Assembly (NCBI GenBank): GCA_964016885.1 | Contig: OZ024747.1 | Location: 2,170,001-2,234,000 of the forward strand | Length of the DNA stretch: 64,000 nt | Direction of reading: 5' to 3' | DNA from: Eledone cirrhosa | Taxonomy: Eukaryota | Part shown: piece after piece, positions 29,653-42,992 of the stretch | How the letters are laid out: each line of letters begins with the position of its first letter | Numbering within the stretch: the stretch's first letter is position 1 | Program-made: the position numbers and the translations under genes | The notes under the pieces: model-generated | The model's database searches: none | Told to the model about the DNA's origin: nothing | The model's input: only the letters and a program-made list of their open reading frames with translations

Positions 29653-30401
29653 TATAGTAATAAAACATGTGAAGACTAAAATCTGAAGAGGGCTTGATAA
29701 GGATTATATACATATATATAAATATATATAAATATAAAACCCATAGAGCAAATATTTATCATAAGAACAGATTAAAGTTTAAGCAAAGAATCACTACTTT
29801 CACTTTTATATATATAATAACCAGGATTTAAAGTGGGAACTGAAAAGAATTTGAAACTGTCATGAGAACAAGGTTGTTCCCATCATCATAAGAGTATTAG
29901 GTACTATCTCGAAGAGCTTCCAAGACTTGTTAAAGAACAATAGCTCAGCCCCCTTTTTTGGAACACTCTAGAAGACATGCCTACTAGAAACAGCAACGAC
30001 CCTCCAATATATCCTGAATATCTGATGTTGCAATATCATTATCATTACTTCATTTTATGGTCATTTTTTTCATGTGTGCCTGGACTGGACCAATACACAC
30101 ACACACCCATTTATATATATATATAAATAACAGATTAAAGTTTAAGCAAAGAATCGCAAAGAATCCTCTGAAACTCAGAAGATCCCGTTAAGGGTGAAAG
30201 CAGCGATTCTTTGCTTAAAATTTAATCTGTTATTTTAATAAATATTTGTTCTATGGTTTTATATATTTTGATATATATTTATCTTTATCGAACCCTCTTC
30301 AGATTTTAGTCTTCACATTTATTATTATTACTATATATATATATAAAAACCAGTAAGTTTGTCATGTGTTCATGTATAAAACCAACACACACACATATTG
30401 T

Positions 30402-30451
30402 TCTTGTCAGATGACCCTGTGATAAACAGGGGAAACTTCAGAGTATCAAGA
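30402..30451 (+). ncRNA. Hammerhead-like motif, CAGAUGA core
   Basis: UCUUGU CAGAUGA CCCUGU-GAUAA-ACAGGG GAAACU-UCAG-A GUA| UCAAGA. Sister copy lies in the 16434-16542 foldback. Confidence 0.6.
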
Positions 30452-30491
30452 CTCACTATTTAGCCTTAATAAAATGAATATATATATATAT

Positions 30492-32689
30492 ATCATCATC
30501 ATCATCATCGTTTAACGTCTATCTTCCATGCTAGCATGGGTTTAGACGGGAATTGTCCCATGTGAGGCAAGATTGGTTGTCTTGCTCGTATAGGACTGTC
30601 TGGCGGGTTTTCTACAGCTGGATGCCCTTCCTAACACCAACCACGTTTACAGTGTGGACTGGGAGGTTTTTACCATGTTGCCTACATGGCCACATTACAT
30701 CGTGGACTGTGTGTTTTTTTTGTCGTGACACCTACCCGACCTCATTAGTTTGGACTGGATGTTGTGGTACCAACATAACTTTACAGAGAAAGGGGTGGTG
30801 TAGATGGTGGTGGGTGTAGGGGTAGTGGGATGGGGGTGTATTTTTAGTTAGGAGGTGCCTACTGACTGTAGGTTTCGCTTTGTACTTAGGCAAAGCAGGT
30901 CTTCTGTATTACTGTGAAGCGCCAAAGATCTCGGTCCAGTGACATTATCTTGGAGAGGTGTAAGTGTGTAAGGTCGGAATTTATCAAATCATTCCAGGTT
31001 TTTCTGGGCCTGCCTACTCTGTGGCTTCCATCTATTTTGATCGCTCTGCACTTTTTTATACAGCTGTCATCTTTCATGCACATCACGTGACCATACCAAC
31101 GTAGTCTTCTCTCGAGTAAACAGCATCTGATCCCTCTTATTTCTAATTTCTCCCTTAGTTCGTTTATGTTTTGCCGTTCACGTATATTACTATTACACAT
31201 CCAGCGGAGCATGCAAGCTTCATTCCTCTCCAGTCTGCGTATATCCTCTGCCCACAATGCCCAGGTCTCACTGCCATGTAACGTAGCTGTTCGTATGCAA
31301 GCATCATACAGCCTGCCTTTCATTTTTAGAGAGAACCTTTTAGCGGCCAATAGTGGTATAAGCTTTCAGAACTTTTTCCATCCCGTTCTGACTCTAGCTA
31401 CTGTACTTTCAGAGCACCCTCCCCCACTGCTGATTTTGTCACCCAGGTAACGGAACGTGTCCACTATTTCTATAGAACCATCTGTGCAATGGAAGGAGCT
31501 AGTATTCTGTGGGCACTTGCTACTACTTATTGCACCTGAGCACCGGCCACTTATAAAATCTATATTCTTAGTTAGCTTACCTGTGATCCCACTACATCTT
31601 TTATGCACCCATACTTTGCATTTGGGACATAAAATGGAGTTTCTGCCTACTCCTTTCCTACACACTGAGCATGGCCATTTCCCAGATGGAACCAGTGCCC
31701 TATTTTCCTTTCTACATACTAGAACTTTAGTCATAGACAAGTTAATTTTAAGGCCTTTTGATTCTAGGCCATGCTTCCAAGTTTGGAATTTCTTCTCTAG
31801 TTCAGCCATTGATTCAGCTATGAGCGTTAGATCATCTGTGTATAGAAGTTCCCATGGGCAGCCGGTCTTGAAGTCCTCTGTTATAGCCTGAAGGGCAATA
31901 ATAAATAGGAGGGGGCTAAGGACAGAGCCCTGATTAACACCAACTTTTACGCTAAATTCTTCACTATATTCGTTGTTAATTCTAACCTTGCTGACTGTTT
32001 CTTTATACATGGCTTGTATAGCTCTCACAAGCCATTCATCAACGCCTAGTTTTCTAAGAGCCCACCAGATAATGGAGCGGTCTCTCTGTCAAAGGCTTTC
32101 TCCAAGTCAAGAAAAGCTAAGTATAGGGGTTTACTTTTAGCTAGGTACTTCTCCTGACACTTTTACCTGACACAAGCCCGAACTGCATTTCATCTAGATC
32201 AATTCATTCTCTGATTAGTTGCGCTATTACTTTTTCTGTGACCTTCATGACCTGGTCAATTAATTTAATGCCTCTATAGTTTCCCCTATCTAGGACATCG
32301 TCTTTACCCTTGTAGCAGTTAATGATGATGCTGCTACACCAGTCATTTGGTATGACCCCATTCTGTATGACTATACTATCCGGGTGACCATAGTGTGTCC
32401 CACCGATCCAGATGCTTTCAGCATTTCAGCAACTATCTCCGAAGGCCCAGCTGCCTTACCCGTCTTCATATCTTTGATTGCCTTACTTATTATACTACCT
32501 TCAACTTGCACTGCTGGTCCCTCTATTGGATCGTTGTGGGGCAGACTGTCTTTGTCCCATTTATTCTCCTCATTTAGTAGCCTCTCGTAGTTACACTTCC
32601 AGGCTACCTTCTTATCAGTGTCAGTGATGGCAAGTACACCATTATCATTAAGGACACATTTCTCCCTGACAATATCACGGTTTACCTTG

Positions 32690-32692
<3 letters not shown>
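30492..32692 (-). mobile_element. 5'-truncated RTE LINE (same family, frameshifted)
   Basis: ORFs 30886-31350 and 31366-32028 are nearly identical to the RT of the 53.6 kb copy. The tail appears as (CAT)n on the + strand. Confidence 0.95.
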
Positions 32693-32749
<57 letters not shown>

Positions 32750-33224
32750 CATCTAACTAAATCATATATTAAACTAACACAGACATATACTCACATATAT
32801 ATCCATGCAATTATATCATCATCCCCATCAACATCATCATCAGGATCATCATCATCGTCATCACCATTGTTTAATGTCTGCCTCTCCATGCTAGAATAGG
32901 TTGAGATGTCAGTCATAGATCAAGTCATCTCTCAATCAGATCTACTGTCCTCACCCAGGGGCCAGGGGCAGGCCCACATTCACATACATTCCTTCATTTT
33001 ACAGAGTATACTGAGTGCATACACGTATATGTATATAAATGTGTGGATATATATATATATAGATATATATTTATACATATGTAAATATATATATGTGTAT
33101 GTGTGCATGTTTATATACATTTGTGTATGTGTGTGTATGTGTATGCATGTGTGTATATATATTTAAGTAGTGCATATGTGTATACACACATATTTGTAGA
33201 ATGTCTGTATATATATATAGATGA

Positions 33225-33273
33225 GATTCTACAGGACTAGAACTGTTTCATTCTTTAGAAATCATCAGGAATC
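33225..33273 (-). ncRNA. Type I hammerhead ribozyme motif (exact inverted copy)
   Basis: Perfect reverse complement of 33285-33333. Confidence 0.75.
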
Positions 33274-33284
33274 ACCAGGAATCT

Positions 33285-33333
33285 GATTCCTGATGATTTC
33301 TAAAGAATGAAACAGTTCTAGTCCTGTAGAATC
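33285..33333 (+). ncRNA. Type I hammerhead ribozyme motif (sense, intronic)
   Basis: GAUUC CUGAUGA U UUC-UAAA-GAA U GAAA CAG-UUCUAGUC-CU GUA| GAAUC. Confidence 0.75.
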
Positions 33334-33416
33334 TCATCTATATTAACACTTTTATACTCTGCAATGTATTGAGTACCTTACTTACTGTGGTTACCTCCGA
33401 CTCAACCCGGAATAAC

Positions 33417-33469
<53 letters not shown>

Positions 33470-34481
33470 CACAAAAGCCTATGTACAAATAATGTGGTTT
33501 TAGGCAGACATAAGAATAGAGTAGGTATTTATATATGTATATAAGCATGTATGCATGTATATGCATATGTATATATGTTTGTATGTATGTGTGTATGTAA
33601 GTATGTTCGTGTGTGTGTGTATGTATGTATGCATGTGTGTGTGTATGTGTATGTATGTGTATGTATATATGTATGTGTGTATGTAAGCATGTTTGTGTGT
33701 GTATGTATGTTTGTGTATGTATGTGTGTATATATATATATGTATGTATGTGTGTGTATGTATGTGAATGTGTATGTATGTATGACAATACAGTTAAAATG
33801 CCTTAGTTTTTCTCTTAATACCAGAAAATGTAAGAAGCTAAGAATATTCTGGTAATTAACCAATTAACTGATTGTCTTCTCTAAGCAGAAAATAGAGCTT
33901 TGCTTCTCTTTAATGATTTAGTTGTGTGTTGGTGGGGCAGGAAGATACTGCTGGCTGCTATGGTGCTGGTTGATGGTGCAGGCTATTGCAGCTGCCGTTA
34001 GCTAGCACAACACGTTAACATTCAAGGAGTGCCAGCAAATTATTCCTTGAAGTCACAAGATTTGGACTTTTTGGATACTGATCTAAAGTTGGTTGGCATT
34101 CATCTTAGAACCTTTGCAACACATCACACACTCTCTTCTTCTTCTCCTTTTTTATTTCTTACTCTTTATCTCTCTCTCTCTTAATATCTCTCTCCCTCTC
34201 TTACTTCTGGCTCACTGGCTCTCTTACTTCTTTTCTGTTTCTTTTTCTTCCTCATTGCTTTTAACTTCTCTCTCTCTCTATTTATCTATCTATCTACCTA
34301 TCTACCTATCTTTCTATCTCCCTCTTTCTCTTCCAATCCCATTTCTTTATTTCTCTTTCTTTGAATTATATACTTTTGTCATTTTCTTACAAATACAAAC
34401 TGATGTATATAGACACACTCACACCCATATGTACACGCACACACATATATACATACCATATACAGACACAAGCATGCACAT

Positions 34482-34552
<71 letters not shown>

Positions 34553-35001
34553 TATACATACACATATGCATCATGCTGTACATATAGGCTTCACCACCCA
34601 CCTGTCCAGTTTTCTCTCTATCTTCCTCTCCTCTCATGTATTGATGAGGCAACCTCTAGTTAAAAGCTCTGGTTTCATTCAACATTTGTTGTTGCTGTTG
34701 TTGTAAGTCTTGCTATTTATATTATTTTTATTATTATTGATGATGTCTATTGTGATCATCATCATCATCAACAGCATCTTCTTCATCGTCATCATCATCA
34801 TCATCATCATCCTCATCTTTGGCACCACCACCATCATCATCATCAACCTGATAATCATCATTATCTTGATAGCCACCATCATTATTATGATTATATTCAT
34901 CAAAGTGAAGGAGACGGCTTTCAAATGATAGATTTATTTCAAAATGGATTTCCTCCTTTCTCACTCAAACATTCTGTCTCTTTTCCCACTCACTCCCCAC
35001 T

Positions 35002-35060
<59 letters not shown>

Positions 35061-35108
35061 CATATATATGTATATATATATAAAGTTTTACGAAATCATA
35101 CTTACAAA

Positions 35109-35142
<34 letters not shown>

Positions 35143-35644
35143 TTATGAAATCATACTAGCACACGATATATATATCTTTCATTCTTATTCTCCTCATTTT
35201 ACATATAATTTTCATGTTGGCATGAGTTGGATGTGTTGTTAGAGTATGATTGACTTCTTATTTGAAGTTACCATTTTCCTAGAATAGTTAGATGAACAAG
35301 TCCTGTAGATTCTATTTTTGGCATGGATCTTATGGTTGGATAGCTTTCTCTAACAACTACCATACAAAGTGTGCTGGATGCATTTCATACTAGTACCAGC
35401 ACTGGTAAGTTAGCTTGGGAACTTTCAGTACTACATAGCACTCAATACTGAACTTGGTGATAATTCATTGAAGACAATTTGACTAAGTAGCTGATTAGAA
35501 GAGAGAGATAGATAGGAAGGAAGAGAGAGAGAGAGGGTAATAGCGTTTACATGTTTGTTCTTTTTCTCTCTTGCTCTTTCTGTATATATATATATACATT
35601 TATATATATGTATATATATGATGATGATGATGATGATGATATAT

Positions 35645-35842
35645 ATAATGAAGGAAGTGTGGTAAGGAACCAGATAGATCATAACGGACCAGAGTACTCA
35701 ATACTTAGGGTAGTAGAGTGGGTAATAGGAAAATGTTTAACCCCGACGGCAGAGGTCAAGCCATTTTGATGGGTATTTCTGGACTGAAATACCCATCGAA
35801 ATGGCTTGAGCTCTGCCATCGGGTTTAACATTTTCCTATATA
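35645..35842 (-). mobile_element. Foldback mini-element (GAGCTC-loop family)
   Basis: Hairpin at about 35725-35840; GAAAUGGC-UUGAGCUCU-GCCAUC. Shares gagtactcaatacttagggtagtagag with the 17.2 kb and 63.9 kb copies. Confidence 0.6.
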
Positions 35843-36130
35843 TATATATATATATAAATGCATATATATATATCATAAAACATGTCTATAGAATCACAAG
35901 ATAAAATATATACTATTTCCTCTCCCAATTAACATAATTAACCATATAAAAAATCGAATAGACCAGGCTATAAGTATGAGGCTTCTATGAAGAAATCTCC
36001 GACAAATAACCGAAAATAGCGCTTCGCGTTGGCCGTAGCGGAATATTTATCGAATATTTCAACAGCGTAATCGCCCAGATATAGTCAACTAAACAGAATT
36101 TGGTGTAAAATAAAATATATATATATATAA

Positions 36131-36159
<29 letters not shown>

Positions 36160-36161
<2 letters not shown>

Positions 36162-36958
36162 ACTTTGATAGGTTTCGCCCAGTATTGGCCCAGGCCATGT
36201 CTAACTTAATAGCACCACCTGGCAAAGTCTTACAAATCAGTGTTTGGGCACCATGGCCCACTCGAGCAGAGAGAGTTATTGTTTACGGAGGCATATCCGG
36301 GTGTAGGTGGCTTATCCGGGATTTCTTGAAGGAATTTATCCAAAGACTTCTTGAACTTGATGGGGTCTGTCTCTGCTTTGATGTGTTTTGGTGTAATGTT
36401 AAAGAGTGCAGGGCCAATTGAGGTGAAATAATTGTGCCGTATTGTTGTTATGTGATGCGAGTGGGATTTTTGTCATGGGCAGATAGCACGGGGCCCAAGC
36501 CTTGGATGTACACTAAAGGTGATGCCAACATCATTTGGGCTAAGCTGATGGAATATTTTCCACATCATGCAGATAATGTAGCGCTCATGGCGACGTTGAA
36601 GAGAATAAAGTTTGAGCTTTTCTAATCGACTCCAAAAGTCAAGGCCTGTCATGGCATCTCTCTTTTTTATAATTGACCTTTGGGGTGCTTCAACTTTCAT
36701 GATACTTTGTTTCGTGTGGGGTGACCACAGTGGACAACAGTATTCAAGGTGGGGTCGGGCAAAAGTGGAGAAGAGAAGGATAACATGTGGATATCTCTCG
36801 ACTGGAAAGTTCTAAGATTCCAGGAACACATTCTGCGGGCCATATCAACTTTGCTGTTTATATGAGTGGCCCAGCTTATGTTGTTGTCCACAATTACTCC
36901 CAGATCTCTGATGTTATTGGATGCCACTAGAGTTTCACCCGAAGGAAGAGAGTATGGT
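36160..36958 (-). mobile_element. CR1/L2-type LINE 3' fragment
   Basis: [27 protein letters not shown] and RLEKLKLYSLQRR are typical of the CR1-group RT C-terminus. Its 3' end recurs at about 39872-39930. Confidence 0.85.
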
Positions 36959-36999
36959 ATATATATATATATGTATATATATAATATATATATATATAA

Positions 37000-37061
<62 letters not shown>

Positions 37062-37111
37062 GTATATATATATAAATGTATATATATATATATAAATGTA
37101 TATATATATAA

Positions 37112-37190
<79 letters not shown>

Positions 37191-37224
37191 AATGTGTATA
37201 TATATATATCTCTCTATATATATA

Positions 37225-37552
37225 TAGTGGTTAGAGCATTGGCCTTGCAATCGATAGGTTGTGAATTCAATTCTCAGACCGGGTGATGTGTTGTTTCCTT
37301 GAGCAAGACACTTTATTTCACATTGCTCCAGTTTACTCAGCTGTAGAAATGAGATGATAGGGACTGGGGTCCCTATCATTCCACTGCAAAGTGGTCGTGG
37401 AGGTGCCACGGCAAAAAAGCACCCAGTACTCACTGTAAATGAGGTTGGTGTTAGGAAGGGCATCCAGCTGTAGAAATCAAGCCAGAATCAGTTCCCGTCC
37501 TACCCTTGCAAGCAGGGAAAAGCGGACGTAAAATGATGATGATGATGATGAT
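37225..37552 (+). mobile_element. SINE family A
   Basis: Nearly identical to 18821-19141. Confidence 0.85.
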
Positions 37553-37641
37553 ATAAATGAATATATATATATATATATATATATATTTAATTGTATATAT
37601 ATACAGAAAGAGCAAGAGAGAAAAAGAACAAACATGTAAAC

Positions 37642-38040
37642 ACCCACAAAATTATTAACCATCTCGCCAACAACAACCCTGAGCACCTTTTTGATCTCCA
37701 TGTGTCTAACACACATGGACATGCCGACAATGTCAGAAAACAGCACAGCTCCCATGACTTTCGGAAACATTTTTTCATGCTCAGAGTTGCTGAAGCATGG
37801 AACAAACTGCCTGCATCAGTTGTTAGCTGTCGAGAGACTGCATCCTTTAAAAATGCTTCCCGAAATTCGCCAAAACTACACCTGATGTACCCCTTCCATA
37901 CACATGCACACATGTGTATATCATGACTCATGCACTGTTCATTTTCCTGACGTTTGTACATTACCCTATGTACTATACATACACTTTTTGATGAGTTGTA
38001 GTGCACCTGAGCACTGTACACAATATTTTCATTATTATAT
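37642..38040 (+). mobile_element. CR1-type LINE 3' end
   Basis: RKHFFMLRVAEAWNKLPASVV...SFK motif followed by a 3' UTR. Confidence 0.8.
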
Positions 38041-38471
38041 GTAACTGCTATTACCCTCTCTCTCTCCCTCCCTCCCTCTCCCTCTTCCTTCCTCTCTCTC
38101 TCTCTCTCTGTCTGTCTCTCCTCCTCTCTCTCTCTTCTCCCTCTCTCTTTCTTCTCTCTCTCTCACATCTATATATATCTGTGTGTATATATATATATAT
38201 GTATGTAGCACATTACCAACCCTATGTATATATATATATATACACATATTTCTGAATTGAAAATTAATGCTCCACACTATATTTATTTACCATTTACCTC
38301 AAACTTCACAAATTATATATCCTTACATGTCTACAATAATAGATATTTGTGTGTTAAAGTCACAATTTTATTATACAATTCCCTACAATAAATCTATCTT
38401 TGCTATTCTCTTTAAACAATGAACTATACATATACATCTATATATTGTTGTTGTTTTTGGTTTCATCTTAG

Positions 38472-38800
38472 GTATAAAATCCTGCTCGCCTGTGGAATTC
38501 CAAAGCTCAGCCAAGCTGTCTCTACCATTGGCAATTAGTAGATATAAAGACAGCATAACTCATGCCAAACTATCAAACCAAACTGAAAGCAATCAAAATC
38601 CATCTTCACACAATGATGTCATTGATCTGAAATCATACAGAATAAATAATATAAAGTCAAAGACTGCTTCACAACCTTGGAATTTACCTATGAGGAATAG
38701 TTTTACATCTTACTCAAAACCATTACCAGCATTACCGTATCCATGGAGCTCTTTAAAAGTACCGCCTTCTGAAAAATGTGCTAAACATCCCTTAAAATAG
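38472..38800 (+). CDS. Protocadherin terminal coding exon
   Basis: Acceptor gtttttggtttcatcttag|GT in phase 1. Reads (G)IKSCSPVEFQ...QPWNLPMRNSFTSYSKPLPALPYPW...HPLK*. Non-repetitive ORF that joins in frame with 20967-21120. Confidence 0.85.
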
Positions 38801-39330
38801 AATTTAATTAAACAGTAATTTAAAAAATATAAGGATTGCTTGAATGTTTTCAACAACTTGTCCCTTCGTTTCTTGGATACACGATATTCTGTGCTCATTT
38901 ACGTATAAATCTGACAATATACTTTCTTCTGATTAATCTACCCAACTTTCAACTGAATAGAATATATTACCATTGTTTACTACTACTCAGGTGTAATATT
39001 CTCTTCAACCACACATAGATGCAACAAACTATCTCTACTCAGGTTACACAATTCTAGACTCTATACATACATATATATATATACATATTTATATACATAT
39101 ATATATACAATATTTGTTTTGACACACGATTTCATATCAAAAACCTCGCAAAACTAATTCATCGCCGTTACATATATATACGTATATATATATACATATA
39201 TATATATATACATATATATATACATATATATATACATATATATATATACATATATATACATTATGAAGAGAGAAGAAACATTTAGATATAATTAGTAATA
39301 AAATCTATCATACCTAAACTGCTCCTAGAT

Positions 39331-39420
39331 TCCTCGACTACGTAGTTTCGTGGCATAAACAAAAACAATACATCATAAAGATATAGAGTCCTTGCGAGGT
39401 CTGCCGACTTATCAAGAGGA
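39331..39420 (-). ncRNA. Type I hammerhead motif, U3-A8 core variant
   Basis: Minus strand reads UCCUC UUGAUAA GUcGGCA...UGCCAC GAAAC-UACGUA-GUC| GAGGA. Confidence 0.7.
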
Positions 39421-39559
39421 TACCTCATTTTACTAGTCTCAAGAACGCGTCTACACGACGTGAGAAAGAATCCCAAAAGGCGGAGGGGGAGATAGTCACG
39501 CGATATAACGGTCGAGAAACAGAGCTAGGCCTCTTATAACCCCGATACATATATATACA

Positions 39560-39865
39560 TAGCACATTTGCTGGCCTATTGGATGCACATTTTAAAAAAA
39601 AAACTTATAAAAAACTTCCCTGCGTCCAATACATGTGTATCACTGATGGGAGGCTGAACTGAGGGTGCAGATAATCTTGGTTAAACAAATGTAGTTTGTA
39701 TTACTATTAGTATATTATACAATACAGTTTATATAAGCAAAATGATGTTGAATTTATATAAATTCATGATGAAATGCTTTAAAATACATTTTTTCTCAAA
39801 ATGTCCTTGTAAAACCAGGGGGCGTCTTATACGAAGGGGCATCCAATGGAGCAGCAAATACAGGA
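39560..39865. mobile_element. MITE-like element with about 25-bp imperfect TIRs
   Basis: catttgctggcctattggatgc pairs imperfectly with gcatccaatggagcagcaaatac. Confidence 0.45.
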
Positions 39866-40830
39866 CACACACAACTTTGATAGGTTTCGGCCAGTAGTGG
39901 CCCAGGCCATGTCTGACTTAATAACACCACTATATATATATATGTTGGCCTGCCCTCCTGTGAGATGAGTCACTGGATAGCTCTGCTCCTACTTTTCAAT
40001 GGTGCAGCATCAGATTTAGAAAAATCTACAGTGATATGTTTCTTCTGAAATTCAGCTTCAGAATCGTTGCAGATTAGAATGTCCAGCTAGAATGTTCTGA
40101 AGGTCCCATCCACCTTCCCAAAGCAGCAAAGTTTGGTGATGAGCTATTTAGCTAAAATAACCTACCATGACACAGGGACATTACAAAGCGATGTGAATTT
40201 GATATTTTGTGAAAGAAAACGTAGCTTTCAGAGTTTGTGAAGATCTTATACTGATATCTTTATTTTACAACAAAATCAAAAGAAAAAGAAACGGAAAAAA
40301 AAATTGGAAACAGAAAAGAAAAAAAAAAAGAAAAAAAAAATTCAAAAGCAAAAATGTTGTTTTGTTGGAATAATTCATTCTTCACCTTCTGTCTCATTTA
40401 CAGAAATATTTTAAACAATCCATATTTTACACATAGACATTTCTTTAATAGAGAGAAATTAAATTTATAACTGATAATTGTCATTTGTTAATTAAACCAA
40501 TAATTGCTAATTATTCTTTCCTAATCAAATTTCCAATTGTGTTATCCCTGTACCCTAATCTAAAGAAAATTGTATTTATTGTAATAAAATATACATACAT
40601 GAAAAGTATAAAAGAGTGTGACAAAATTATAATGTAATCCTTATGTGTCAGAAGGAAATTCTTAACGATTTTCAATTTGACAAATGTTACAAAATATCAA
40701 ACAAGAATTTAAGAAAGAAAAGCAAAGGTAAAGCATATAAATATTTAAATTAATTAATAGACTTAATATTTCTTATTACCACTATTGATATAATAGGAAG
40801 GTAGAAATGGTCTCTTTTTTATATTTGCAT

Positions 40831-40967
<137 letters not shown>

Positions 40968-41066
40968 TATATATAAATGTATAGAGCAAATATTTATTAT
41001 TAGTACAGATTAAGATTTTAAGCATTGAATTGCTGCTTCTGTCCTAAGCTGTATCATCTGAAACTG

Positions 41067-41100
<34 letters not shown>

Positions 41101-41659
41101 TAAATCTACCAAAATATACGGTAGTGTCAAATCCGTATGAAGAATTCAATGTAATCCAAATATCATGAAAAGAAAAGATGTATTCAAAAATTTTTTCGAT
41201 GAAAATCACAGGAAAACAGAGTCAAGATAAATTAATAAATACAATGAATAAAAACAAAGAAACAGTTCCTTATATTAAAAAATTCATCATTTTACGATCG
41301 TTTCTAGGATATATATGTGTGTGTTGGTATGTATATCATATAGATCTATGTAAAAATTTTACAAACTATCAGAGGGAATATACATACCTACACATATATA
41401 CATACATATATAAATATATATGTATGTATATATCATCATTTTATATATATATATATATATAAATGGTAGCTACCCAAAACTGCTGAGCTCACAGTAGATC
41501 CTACCATTTATATATATATATATATATATATAAAATGATGATATATACATACATATATATTTATATATAGATTAAGTAGAATTGAAGTCAGTGTTGCAGT
41601 TTATGTACAAACTTTCTTGGCAGCAAAGACACATCTAAAACCTTGCACATACAAACTCC

Positions 41660-41748
41660 CATATCTGACGCAGTGTCGAAAAAGACTCAGTTCTCATCCT
41701 CTCTTGATTGTACTCTGAGCTGATTGATATCGAAACAATTGTAATATG
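41660..41748 (+). ncRNA. Degenerate hammerhead motif with long stem II
   Basis: CAUAU CUGACGC a GUGUCGA...UUGAUAU c GAAAC-AAUU-GUA| AUAUG, followed by AAUAAA. The 3' half recurs at 2307-2348. Confidence 0.55.
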
Positions 41749-41923
41749 TCAATAAAGTTTGTACATATGCTGCAGCACTGACTTTGAGTCTACTTACTTT
41801 ATTTACACTCTGCACACTAAAGCTACCTTAACTCTGAAATACAATGGCACAAGACAGACTTTGTAACAGCATTGAGTGCTTCAAATGGCACACTGCCTGT
41901 AACTGAAGTTACGTACCTAACTA

Positions 41924-41954
<31 letters not shown>

Positions 41955-41956
<2 letters not shown>

Positions 41957-42142
41957 ATAATTGTTTCTACTTTATGGCACAAGGCCAGCAATTACCCAGT
42001 GCATTACTGGTACTTTATTTTATCGACCCCGTAAGGATGAAAGGCAAAGTTAACCCTGGCGGGATTTGAACTCAGAATGGCAAGGGCTGTAACTCTATGC
42101 ATCAAAGCATGGCGTCCAACCCTCTATCAATACTGCCAATCC
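41955..42142 (-). mobile_element. SINE family B
   Basis: Reverse complement of 50400-50590. Other copies at about 1-100, 4570-4760, 11840-11985, 15200-15370, 24890-25040, 25450-25665 and 44790-44862. Confidence 0.8.
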
Positions 42143-42252
42143 GTAATAATAATAAATGTGAAGACTAAAATCCAAAGAGGGCTCGATAAGGATAAATATA
42201 TATCAAATATATAAGAACTCTAGAGCAAATATTTATTAAAATATCAGATTAA

Positions 42253-42303
42253 AGTTTAAGCAAAGAATTGCTGCTTTCACCCTTAACAGGATCTTCTGAA
42301 ACT
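42253..42303 (-). ncRNA. Hammerhead-like motif, CAGANGA core
   Basis: AGUUU CAGAAGA U CCU-GUUAA-GGG U GAAA GCA-GCAAUUCUU-UG CUU| AAACU. Related copies at 30176-30220(+), about 41010-41067(-) and a partial one at about 29780-29800. Confidence 0.6.
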
Positions 42304-42952
42304 AAAAAAAATCAATTAATATATATATATATTGTCTTTGTCAACAGTGTGAGAATGGGCTATGTTGACAGCATTAGGGTCATTCATTGGCTGGTACTTA
42401 AGGGGTTGTTCCCATTTTATTGATACTCATGATGGAAAGAATAACATCATCATCATTACAGTTTAACATCAATTCTTCCACGCTGGCAATTTAATTCAGT
42501 AACACAGTAATATATGTTAAATTTGATGTTAGTATAACTATCTGCCAGATAATCTTAGTGATTTTCTGCCATCCTCTAGTATACAGCAGATATGTGCTTT
42601 AATTCCTACAGATGATACCATCATATTTTTTTCTTGTGTGTGGCTTAGTGGTTAGAGAACTGGGTTTATAGTCGTGACATTGGGGGTCCTGCAGAGCAGA
42701 AAACCCTTATAAAATATGTTATTGAGGAAGACAATTTATTTCACATTTACTTTTTTTCTGCCAGGAGCTACAACTAGTAGATTGTGTCAACAATGGGAAG
42801 ATCAATGGAAACACTGTTTCCTTGGTTTGATTTGATGAGCTCCGCCCTACTGAGGTCTGGGATCTTGTCAATTGATTCCTAAATGTATCATTTAAATTTT
42901 AGTACATCTCATTAACATTTTATCTGTTATATTATATTACACAGACACACAG

Positions 42953-42992
<40 letters not shown>

